From the NCBI RefSeq assembly GCF_021869535.1, contig NW_026262690.1, forward strand, positions 83,080,001 through 83,144,000: a stretch of 64,000 nucleotides of DNA. Reading direction: 5' to 3'. The notes under the pieces were generated by a model. That model searched no databases, was not told the DNA's origin, and saw only the letters and a program-made list of their open reading frames with translations. Shown piece by piece: positions 1 to 11,700 of this stretch. This DNA is from Mytilus californianus. Its lineage: Eukaryota. Each line of letters opens with the position of its first letter. Positions within the stretch are counted from its first letter, which is position 1. A program made the translations under genes and the position numbers.

Positions 1-330
1 CGTTTTATAAAGTCTGAGTAGCAGATGCAAGCTCTTGAATACCGAATGAGTTGGGAAATGTATATCCCATATGCAGGTAAAGTTGGTATATTACTACTAA
101 GATTTTCTGTATGGATTCTGCTTCATATGAGCACAAAAAACAAGTCAGCAAATAGGGGTGCACAATCAATACTTATTCATTGCTATTGGAATACCGACTG
201 TCTGCTGAAATATCAATCCACCAAACTCAACAAATATGTTGTCGATCAAAAAGTAGTTTTTATTATATCATCTTTCGTGTATTTGTTGTTGGTTCTTTAC
301 AAAGAAAGAGACTTTTGGGTCATTTTCACA
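1..330 (-). mobile_element. Degenerate Penelope-like retroelement reverse transcriptase fragment
   Basis: Minus-strand translation, with frameshifts and stops, gives NIFVEFGGLIFQQTVGIP, then remnants of the APL.ADLF..SYEAE segment, then LSSNIPTLPAYGIYISQLIRYSRAC. These match the PLE RT motifs QxxGIPMG and PAYGVYISQLIRY as I recall them. The intervening RT core is deleted. Confidence 0.75.
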
Positions 331-719
331 ATTAATTTTATGAAACTCTATTTCACCAAGTTTCCTAACACCTGTGAAACAATCTGCATGTAAATAAAAC
401 AAAACATACTTGTTTAATATTGCAGTTTATGATTTTTCAGTGTCTACTGTTTCACATAATTTACAGTTAACAGCAACTTGAACTTTTCTAACTGACTTGG
501 ATTTTTCTGTACTTTCTTTCTTCCATTTTTAATGTTTTCCTTTGGTTGTTAGGATTTGTATTATATAGATTGAAAACGTGATAGCAGATATATTGCATTT
601 TATTTATCAGTATGAAACTGAAGTTTAAAGTCGAGGACACTGTTAATTTTATGATATACAAGAAAAGTGCACCTTATCTTAAAACAAATTGGGATGTACA
701 GCTTGATCAATATCAACTG

Positions 720-832
720 TGTTTGATAATTATTCTAAATACTAAATATTTTCTTATCCTAGGCAGATAACCTAGCCGTATTTGGCACAACTTTTTGGAA
801 TTTTGGGTCATCAATGCTCTTCATCTTTAGGC
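720..832 (+). repeat. Fragment of the abundant hammerhead-bearing interspersed repeat (tttggcacaactttttggaattttgggtc)
   Basis: The same sequence recurs at about 4560-4740, 4880-5070 and, inverted, at 63840-64000. Confidence 0.7.
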
Positions 833-2791
833 CTGACACCTATTAGCTTGTCGTAATGTTCTATTGTATTGTTTATTTGTGTGTTTCTCTGTCCTGCGTG
901 TTCTTCCATTTATTTGTATTGTAGTCCTGTCATGTAACGTTGTCATTTTAGTGTTATATTTAACATTGCCATTAAAGCGGGATGTTTGGCTAGCCACAAA
1001 ACCAGGTTCAACCCACCATTTTTTCTTAGAATGTCCTGTACCAAGTCAGGAAAATGGCCATTGTTATATTATAGTTCGTTTCTGTGTGTTTTGCATTTTA
1101 GTGTTGTGTTTCTGTTGTGTCGTTGTTCTCCTCTTATATTTGATGTGTTTCCCTCAGTTTTAGTTTGTTACCCGGATTTGTTTTTTTCTCAATCGATTTA
1201 TGAATTTCGAATAGCGGTATACTACTGTTGCCTTTATTTATAGATGTAAAATATATAACAATATCTCTGTAAAACATAGCCATTGTTTGCGTTACAATTA
1301 TGTGTTATTTTTTCAAGATTGCACTCTACCGAAATGTACAATTTAATCTATTACTATCCACAACTATCGTCTCCTTTCTATAAACATTTATAAATTTAAT
1401 AACGATCAGTAAACACATTGGAAACATGTCAGGCTCATATCTTCTTACTGCTTTCCTTAAACAAGCTTTAATGGTCAAGATAGTTAAATGCATTTGACCA
1501 TTAGGTTGTTTATTTCATATATCAGAATTCATTTCGGTTTCAGTAAAATTGGAAAAAAATGCCTTGCTTATGACAACAAAGAACCTTAATAGTACCTGTA
1601 TACACGAACGAGAAAAAAATATTTATCAAATAGTTATAAAATGGCAAGAGCGATAGTTTTACCGATGCTCGTCCGGTCATTCTGTCCTTCCAAACACTAT
1701 TAGTTGTCAAGACTTTTTTCGCTACGCTTGTTGATGTTGTGCTGATATTTTTGTGTAGATGTATGTTGTTTTGTTAATGTTTCGTTTCGTTCTGTTGGCT
1801 TACTTTTACTTTGAAAGAGGTGGAGTTAAGAGGCGCCCCTACCCTACCCTGTTGAGCTACATATATGGTTAATGCATTGACTTTAACAAGTCCCTCTCAT
1901 GGCGTTGCCTTGGTGGGTCCCCCTTTTAAAATCCTGAATCCACAACTATTAGGTCCCATCCGTGCTTTCCTGATTCATTGATAAACTGAGTTCAGTAGCA
2001 TTAACATTATACACAATATGTTATTATCCCCGAAACATTTTCATTCTATAGTCGCCATATTTGATATGCAATTAAAACTCAGTTGAGTATATAATATTTA
2101 ATTCAATTAAAAACGTTCACACCTTCGTCAGCCATTATACATTAACCATTACGAGAAGACCTATCTAAAGAAATACAAACGAATGAAAAGTATATAAAGG
2201 AATATTTTATTTGTGCTTTGATTCCCTGAGTTTCTGTAGCATTGCAATTATTTCCGACAGAACTCTAGAGGAATGTGAAAAGCTGTTTTCATCTGAAAAA
2301 AATGTTAATAAAATTAGCAACCCTTCAAATTAAAAGAATGAGGGCTAAAACATAGTACATAAAATTAAACTTTCGATGACGCAGGTCAAAATAGTCTTTA
2401 GTATATATCTTTTTCTCTCATAATTTTGTGGTCTTAATTTATGACATGGGGATAACAATTTGCTAAATGTAATGGTGTCTTGCATGTTTACTCTTTAACT
2501 GTAAACAAATTACATACAATAAATTTACAATATACAAAGAAGGGATGTTTTCATAAATGGCCGCGATAAAATATTCCCTTTTGAATATTGATAAACTTTA
2601 AAAGAAAAAAAAGAAAAAGAAAATGTTTCACCGGAGAGAAGAAACGATTAAACGATTACAATCGAAGTTGTTATAAATTTTCGGTTGGTCGATTTTGTAA
2701 AGGTTATATTAAAAAAATACAGTTTAAACTCCACTGTCAATTTTTGCTATTTTCTAGGCAGTTCTGGTTATATATCTCCACTTTAGCTGTT

Positions 2792-5700
2792 TCAATTTTT
2801 GTTGCTTTGACTTCCTGAACACGGTCAACTAAGAAACGTGTATTAAACGCAGAAAAGTTTTTAAAACATAGGCGAAAGATACCAAAAGGACATTCAAACT
2901 CATAAGTTGAAAATAAGTTACCAACGCCATGGCAAATTACGCACAAGATGATACAAACATACCAGTTCCTTGTTTTTCAGTCTTGCTAGTGTCGGTAATG
3001 GAAGCTTTACTTTCTGGAACCCCTTTGAATGAAAGTTTTAAGAGAGATGAAAAAAACAATAGTATTAACATGTTTTCCTACTTTAACTAGATTTGTTTCT
3101 ATAGAAATCGACAACGTTGGACGACTCAAAACTGTCTATGACAAACAGGGCGATTTATTTTTTTTTCATCTAATTGTACTGCATGTATGTATTCTTAATT
3201 GATGTAACATTGAAGCAAACTCTCATACAGATTTAATACATATTGTAGTACTACCCCCCATCCTTTCCAAAAAAACACAAAAATAAACCCCAAAGAAACA
3301 CAATCACAAATGCAAATCAACCAAAAAATCTAAATAATAAAAAAAAACAAAAACAAAATAGAAAGCACCAATAAACAAAAATATTACAAACTACATAAAC
3401 AGGGGTTACAAAAGAATATGTTGTACATAGAGATACATTCATTAATAAAACATATATAATGTGTACTTTTTTAAATAATAACAATTCTATAACAAAAACG
3501 TAAAATCATAAAAAAAACTATTTTTGTAATGGATGTCAGTTTTATACCTTTAGCCCTATCAGTGAGTTCTATTTAATTAAACAAAAGCAATATTCAATAC
3601 TTAACGAGTGATTTTCAAATTATTTTTTTTTCAATTTGTTTACGCTTTTTTTTTGTTTCATCTCCATACATCCCATATACCATTGTCATTGATAATCAAT
3701 ATATAAAAACCTGAGTATACAGTTTTAAAAAAATTACCAGGCCAAGCATCTGACCATTTTCCATTCCACGACTCTTTACTGTTTGTCGACCCCTTTGTAC
3801 CTTTTTGTCCTAAAAATGAAACAATTCAATTCACAATATCAAACCGCACATTGAAATGTTGGGCACCTTTTTGCTTGTTGAAATACCACATGATGGGAAA
3901 GTTATTTTGAAAAATAAAAAAAGGCATGAGCTGAGATCTGATTATCATTATTGGTTTTTTACGTCATTCGTAATTCTCAATTATTATGGTTATAAATGAT
4001 CGTACATGCTTAAACAGAAGTATAACAGGACAAGAATATGAAGCCCTTACATTGCAGGGAGGAACTGTACAGCTGTTGTAAACAACTTTTTAGGAAACGT
4101 TGTAGACAGCACAGGCTGTACTGTTTACTTTGGTCATCTGTCTATTTTATACTTTAGACGTCAAAGCGTTTTATAGAATTTTCATGGACACAATTCTTCT
4201 AAATTCAAGATTTTAAGATGCGATTCTTGTTAACCATTCCGTTATATGCTTATATATTTACTAAAACTTACTTTTGGTAATATTTTTTATGAATATTTTT
4301 TTTTTTAGTTACTGAAAAGTATTTAGTTTCAAGTTACCAGGCATTTCCTGTTTCCATGCTTCGGCCCAAGATTTTGCCGTATCACTGTCTGACGAAGATT
4401 TTCCTACAACATGAGAAGCTAATTGAAAATTGAACATTTCTGAGATATTTTATGTAAAAAGATGATGGTTTATGTTTATTAGTCATTTGTGTTGACAAAG
4501 AATATTCTTTATATGTTCATTTTTCTATAAATTTACTGTGAATTTTTCGAAAGACTTTGGTTTTTCTACCCCAGCTATAGATTGCATTAGCCTTATTTGG
4601 CACAATTTTTTGAAACTGTGTTTTTTAATGCTCTTTAAATTCAAATTCGAATTTGATTAGGCCTTCTAACTGTTTTCATTCGAGCGTCACTGATGAGTCT
4701 TATGTATAACAAGACACGTTTGTGGTGTACAGAATTATAAGCCACTACTGGTGAACGGTTCGTTCCCTGGAGTATCACTAGTCTAGTAGTTAGAACTTTT
4801 GTGTTGGCATGAAATATCATTGAAATGTTAATTTTTTTGTCGATTTACTGTCTATAAAAAATGCTGAATTATTAAAACAAACTAAGGTTTTCTAGCTCCA
4901 GGTATAGATTGCCTCATCCTCATTTGACACAACTTTTTTTGATTTTCAGTTTCACTTTATTGCTCTTCAACTTCGTATTTGATTTGGCCTCCCAACTGCT
5001 TTGATTCGAGTGTGTCTCTGATGAGTTTTACGTATACGAAACGCGCGTCTGGCGTACAAATTATAAACCTTGTATTTTTTATGAGATTTTATGTATCAAT
5101 ATTTATAATAGAACAAAGAAACAGCAAATTTTCCACAAAAGTTGTTGGTGGTTTTTCTTACTTTGCAAGTTCTTTTTTGAATTTGGCTGCGACTAAAGAA
5201 TTATCATCAAACACAGGATATCAAATCTAATCATGTATGCTTATAGTTCTGCACTGCTATAACCTTTTAAATGCATTGGGCACATTTCATTGTGGAATTA
5301 TATGCGACTATCATACAAGTGAGAGGTTCAGCTAGCTATAAAACCAAATTTAATCCACCATTTTCTACATAAGGAAATGCCTGTACCAGGTCAGTAATAT
5401 GATATTTGTTTCCCATTTGATTGATGTGTTTGAGCTTTTGATTTTGCCATGTTATAAAGAACATTCCGTTTTGAATTTCCCTTGGAGTTTGGTATTTTTG
5501 TTATTTCACTTTTTGATTGATTTTGTATAGTATATTGCTTTGTTTTGCTATAACATCAGCGACTCTAGTTAAGAACCGCAGAAATGTTGAAATCCGTGCA
5601 AATACTATACATCCGGTCACATACCAAGAGCAAGTAGTACAACAGTTTTAGTTGTCCTAAATACTTAATATTTTCAAATGTTTGTCATTGTGATTTTATA

Positions 5701-8700
5701 TACTACCGTTAACCTATGGGTGTTTTCTCATTATTGCAGTGACCAATAGCTTCATCGATGTTTGCTTTAAATTGTTGGCGTTTTTATACATTAAGTATTT
5801 ATACTGTTTCCATTCTAACAACAATAAGTCCTGACTTAAACATGTATTATTCCATATTTATTTCAGATATATTTAACCCTTCTACCAAGAAATTTGTTTC
5901 GCATGCACACGTATAAAAATTGCGGTTTTTGTCCAACGCAATCATAGGTTTGAACGTTGTTTTCAATTTAGACTTATTTATATTTTTTCGTTTGGGCTTG
6001 TATTATATTTGCCTTCGGGTTTATATGATCCGTTCATCCTATTTTGACTCTTTAAAATTCAAGAGTCTATCCTAAATTGAGGTAAATTATATGGCCTTCC
6101 AAATACTGTTTCGATTGCTAACATCACTGAAGAGACATTAATTGTCGAAATCCGGATATGGTGTACAAATTTTTGCACCTCATGTTTGCGGTTTGCCATC
6201 TTTTCCGCAATTTTATTGTTTTCTATTTGGTATTAAATGAATAAATTAAATAAAGATTCATTTTGTTACATCTTGTGATCCGTTTATTTGGCAATCGCCA
6301 ATGGCAGTCAGCAGGGTTTAAGAACATCCGTTGTTCGACCTGTTAGTCAAATGCGTTTGTTTAAATATACTTTTTAATTTTTTTGGTCTTTTGGAAAATG
6401 TTGTTTGTGCTGTATTTAGACCCTTCTACCAAGAAATTTGTTTTGCATGCACACGTATAAAAATTGCGGTTTTTATCCAACGCAATCATAGGTTTGAACG
6501 TTGTTTTCAATTTAGACTTATATATATATATATATATACCTGGCCATGAGCCGTCCCATGTCTTCAGGTTATCTTTCCCTAAAAAGGAAAACAAGCGTAG
6601 GAAAATTAGATATTAATTACAGATGTATCGAACTTTCAAAACCTTTCAGACATTATGTCAACGTTAAAAAAAATTAAAATGCTCGAACGTAAAACAGACT
6701 TAAAACAAGTGGATGTAGACAATCTTTTACAAAAGCTATTGCGAATTAGGGTGTATACATGTACATTGATTATGACATTGTCCCGACACATGTAAAATGG
6801 TGTGGATGTCAATATTCATCAGTTAAAGACAGGGGTAGATTTTGTCGGGATTGAGGTGCATTTTCCTTTGAATAATGGCATACAGGGAAGGACTATTAGA
6901 TTTTTAGGGATGAGTCAAATGTATACATACGTCGTGAATCTACAATTGAAATAAAATTTAAATGAGAACGATATAACATACCATGCTGGTTATGGTTTCC
7001 ATGGCCAGTAACAATCAATTGTTCTTCATTTGCAGTATTCCCAAAATGTGTTTCTACATTTAATTCTGATGATGTTGTTTCTATTGTCGTCTGCTCATTT
7101 TTGCTTTCACCTGTAAATGATTTTTTTTGCTACAATATTCGAAAAAGAGATAGAGCCAATTTCTCTTAAATTTTTTTTTCACTCCAGGATCATTTTCAAA
7201 CTGTTTTCCAATCAATGAGAAATAATCATAATGACATGTACAGCTTCATTTGTGTACAAGATTTTGATGTATTTCTGAACATTATATCGTTCACATTTCT
7301 GAACGGTATATCGTTCAAATTGCAAACGCCCAAAGATTGTTCTAAGTGCAATTCTGTTCGATATGACCAATTTTATCGAAAAAAAAAACCTGATAGGATG
7401 GACATTCAAAGCCAAAACTAAACTCTTTTGGAAGTAACGCTATATGCTTTGTCTTTCAAACACAAATCATTTTTTGTTGGATAAGGATATTCTTGAAAAC
7501 AATCTTTGTTAAAAAAAATATGCAAAATTTGCACAGCAATATATTAATACTGTCTTCAACATCAATGTATATCGCTGAATAACTTTTTGAATTTATAAAC
7601 TTTATGGCTATGAATGTAGGAATCATTTCCTTGCTGTGCATGGGAAATCAAATTAACTTTCTTTGCTTTAAATCGTCAAAGCTAAACCGTATTACGAATA
7701 TGTAATATGTCTTCGAATTACTGGTTTTGAAGTGCCTTTGAAGGTAAACTAAAAATCAACGCTTCGGATGCACCATAAGTGTTAAGTGAACTAATTATTA
7801 TCAATAACAATAAGGAATAAAGAGTTGTCATTCTTTAGCTGTGAAACAAATAAATACTTGCAGTTTCATATATACAGTTCCGTACTATTCTACAGAGCAA
7901 TTAAAACTTTAGCATTTGACCCATTTTTAATTTGAGCTAAACTTAGAACTTAGATAAGCTAAAAATGGATATAAGCTATGGGTTACCTGTATTTGGCCAA
8001 GAACCATCCCATGTCTGCTTCCAAGCTTTCTTGTTATTTACTGAAAAATACAAAAATGTATATATATGGAACAGCTAAACCACCTGTTTGTGCTATGCAT
8101 TCAGTTTCGATGTGTTTACTACCATCAACTTGCTTAGAAATGGAAATAAGCTTAGACGTTGAATAAAAAAGAGCTAAAACTAATAATAAGCATATGAAGT
8201 ACCACTTACAGTTTTTAAAGTATTGGTTTGGATCATATTTTCCTAAAAATCCAAGATCCCCTGGAATAAAAGCTACAAAGAGACAAAACATTTATATTAT
8301 ATAAAAAAGATTCAGTATAGGTATGAACAATGGACCTCTATTCGATTGCAAGTTTTTAGCAATTTCTATATGTTTAACTTTATTCATTTATACTTGTCCC
8401 ATACCAATACTGGTGAACCGTCAGTAACATGCAAATTCTTCATCAGTATAGCCAATGTAGCCTATCCAGCGCACTTAGCATGATTGATTAATACAAGCAT
8501 TTTGGGTATGCTATAAGTTGCTTTTTCAATTCTCTTTGATAACGTTTATATTCGCTGGTTTTGGATATTTAATTTATATCTTTTTCGGTTATGTGGCTTG
8601 TCGTATGTTAATATGTCGTCGGCACTCCAAAAAAAACTTCGATCCTTTTCTGAATAAGGTTAAAACCGAAAAGATTTTCGGACGGAAATTGTTCTGTTTG

Positions 8701-11700
8701 ATTAACTATACCATTATATACAAGAGGGTGCGAAATATTAACAATGTCTTTAAAAATCAAAATTTTTTATTCATATTCCTTCAAATGATTCCAATGTTCT
8801 AATTTGTCTTTGATCCGAATTAAAAGATTGGAATGATTTCGGAATACTACGTCGTTTTTCATGAAAGATTTTTTTTAAACTTTGTACCCTCAGGAACGAC
8901 ATGTAGTGTTCGACCTGTTTGAATTTAGTTTATGCTAGAACATTTTAAAGGGTTGTGATTTCCAAAATTCATATTTTTAAAACATCAAGAATTAAACTAA
9001 AGCTTTGGTTATGTACACAGTGGAAAAGACATCTGACATACTAAATAAACTGTATTACCTAAATTACAAATTTTAACAAATCAACAAGAAACTTGGATAA
9101 GAAAAATTATTAACTAGGAGAACTTTCCATCTTCATCAATCGGCTAATCACGTCTGCTCCATACTAAGAATTTTTTCTTAAAATAGACTCAGCTGCTATG
9201 ATTGTTTTCATATCCGCAACTTTCCATTCTTGAGTAGTAACACCATATATGTCAAGGTCAAATCTCAATTGATATGATATGCCAAATTCTTATAAAACAG
9301 TTTTAAAAACAAAGTTACACTCTCATCTCAACTCAATAGCGGTCTTAGATCATTGTATGCCGGTGTAATCGTCTCGTCTGTGATTTTACCGATTGTGTCC
9401 TATTTCCGATTGTGATATTTTGACTACTTGAATTCGCATGCATAGCAGGAGACGCTTACCCTGTCGATGAACCCGTTCTATTTCCTTTTGAAATTCGTGC
9501 GATTCTTTCGGTTTTTAGTTGTTACCCTTATTTGCCCCTTCCTAATCGATTTACGAAATTTAAACATCGGTCAACTGCTGTTGTCTTAATTAATTTTAAA
9601 ACTGACCTTATCAATGTGACAAAGAAGAACGACTTATCCCTATTCACATGTTACACGAATTGAATAATTGTTATACATCGTAGTTTTGTAATTATTGCGG
9701 AAATCATATAATACCCTTTCTCAATAATAATGTTTCAACTCTGTCATACATCCTTCATGACAAATCCACGTCAATCCAGTACCATGACTGTTTTTATATA
9801 TATTCATTGCTTTAACACTTGCTAATGAATGTATATTAGGAATTACTTACCCTGTCGACGGCAAAAATCTTATTACTTTGAAGATTTATGAGATTAGTGT
9901 GTTTTTTTTTTATTTCCATCTCTGAATGTTTTACCTTATCAGCTGACATTCGTTGACAACCTCCATGTGATATGACGAAAACGTGAATATCAATCTTCAC
10001 ATACTCGACGAAACAACACATTTTTGGTTAAAAAAAAATGCACAAGGATCAATTTTGAAAAAAAATGTTTGCCCATAATTTAATTTCCAAACATTTATTG
10101 AAAATCTAGGCAAGTCGCATCAATCAGTCATATTATTTTGAATGGCAGACCATATTCACGTATATGGAATCAGTATTATATGCCAGTATGCAGATGTTCA
10201 AAAGTGTTTGTGTTGCGGGAGGGTCCACCTGAGCTATTATTGTCACTTGGCGTCCGTCGTCGTAGTAATTAAATAATAAAAAAACATGTCAATCTATTCT
10301 AAACTTCGCCATAATAAACCTATAAGTGTCTTCTTTAAAATTTGAGTAGATTATACTCATTACACAATTTTGTTTTACCGCCATGGCTTAATATAGAACA
10401 TAATGGTAAACAGCAAAGTAATCAGCAAATAGGTCATCATAATAGAAATCAACAGAAATCGATATTTGCAGTTATTTCTTATTAGAGTTATTGCCCTTAA
10501 ATGGCGTATTTAACCCATTTTCCGGTTTTTGGCTATTATTTCGGAAAACTAGAATACATGACCCCTATGGTACGACTTAAAAGACATTCAGGGAAATTCG
10601 TTTAAATTGTCTTATAGGACTTGCAAGGCGAATTGGCTCCATGCGTGTTCACAATAATCCTTATATATGATTACGTTGACTATGTCACTCTGCTAAGCAA
10701 CAAACATGGCCTTACTACTTTATATCAAGACAACTTTGTTTAAATATTGAACACACAGAGTGTTTTCAGATTTGAGACAGATTTATCAGTCTATTAAGCC
10801 CCCAGTCGATGAATCCTCGGTAAATATCGTGTGATTTCATAGTTTGGCTAATTAGGTTACACATGCGCAGTTAATCATGGAACTGGATTATTTTCATTGA
10901 TGTTTCTGCTATTTGTCAAACAATGGCCGCCACATTCAAACTTTTCAAAGGGGGACATATAGAGAAAATATATGTTAGTATAAAAATAAATAATCATGAA
11001 TAGCATTGCTCTTTAATTTATATAACTGTAATGCACATGTATCTACTTTTAGTGCCAAGCGAGAGGATCAGGCTCATGCTAGCCTCAAGTTAAAAGAGTA
11101 AAACACTACATACACACATCATTTGTCATGTTCAAAGTGACAGAGGCATCAGCAATTTAGATAGTAAAGATTAGAAAATACAAACAAAAAGCAAATAGGT
11201 AGTAATACATATAAAGATATGAGGGATGGTAAATGAGATAACTATACATAAAGACCAAATGACAAAGATGAAAACAATAACAAGTCCCCATACGGTGTTT
11301 TTAAATATTTCGGTATCACACGGGAAACTCCATACTAAAATTTACGACAACAACAACAAAAAAAAACGATTTTTAGATCCCTATTGTTACTTTTCCTTTT
11401 TTGTACGGTGATGTTCCTTTAGCTCAATCTTACAGTGTTTATTTATCCCAACTCGTTCGCTATGCCCGTGTCCGTACTGACGTTAAAGATTTTAATGAAC
11501 ATAATCTATGTATTACTGGTAAATAATTAATTCAGGGATTTCGTTATCACAAATTACTGAAAACCTTTACTACATTATTTTATAGATACAAACAGCTGTT
11601 TTGGAAGTTTTGATGGTACCTGTAGAAAGCTTATTATTAACGGTTTTATAACATCCTGATTTTTGCGGTGATGTTGCTTTGAAATCCCGTAAAACTAGAT

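Noticed and set aside
2123-2164. Strong acceptor at 2165: either an alternative last exon of gene D (DRSSRNG*) or a MADE|gt start of another gene
   Set aside because: No downstream coding exon was found (1-330 is a PLE relic), and I cannot choose between this and the 2814 terminal exon.
5162-5656. Exon-like pair 5656-5625 and 5192-5162 (32 + 31 nt) that would jointly keep frame in gene D
   Set aside because: It breaks the otherwise uniform phase-1 pattern, one acceptor is weak, and the peptide (QLKLLYYLLL SQPNSKKNLQ) is unlike the rest of the protein.
8405-8481. Signal-peptide-like stretch (…ATLAILMKNLHVTDGSPVL|gtatgg)
   Set aside because: The ATG is out of frame, and the phase-0 donor fits no neighbouring exon.
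9836-10021. ORF ending at a perfect GTAAGT donor (9851)
   Set aside because: Phase 0, no credible acceptor, and cttaccctgtcga recurs at 9455 inside a repeat.
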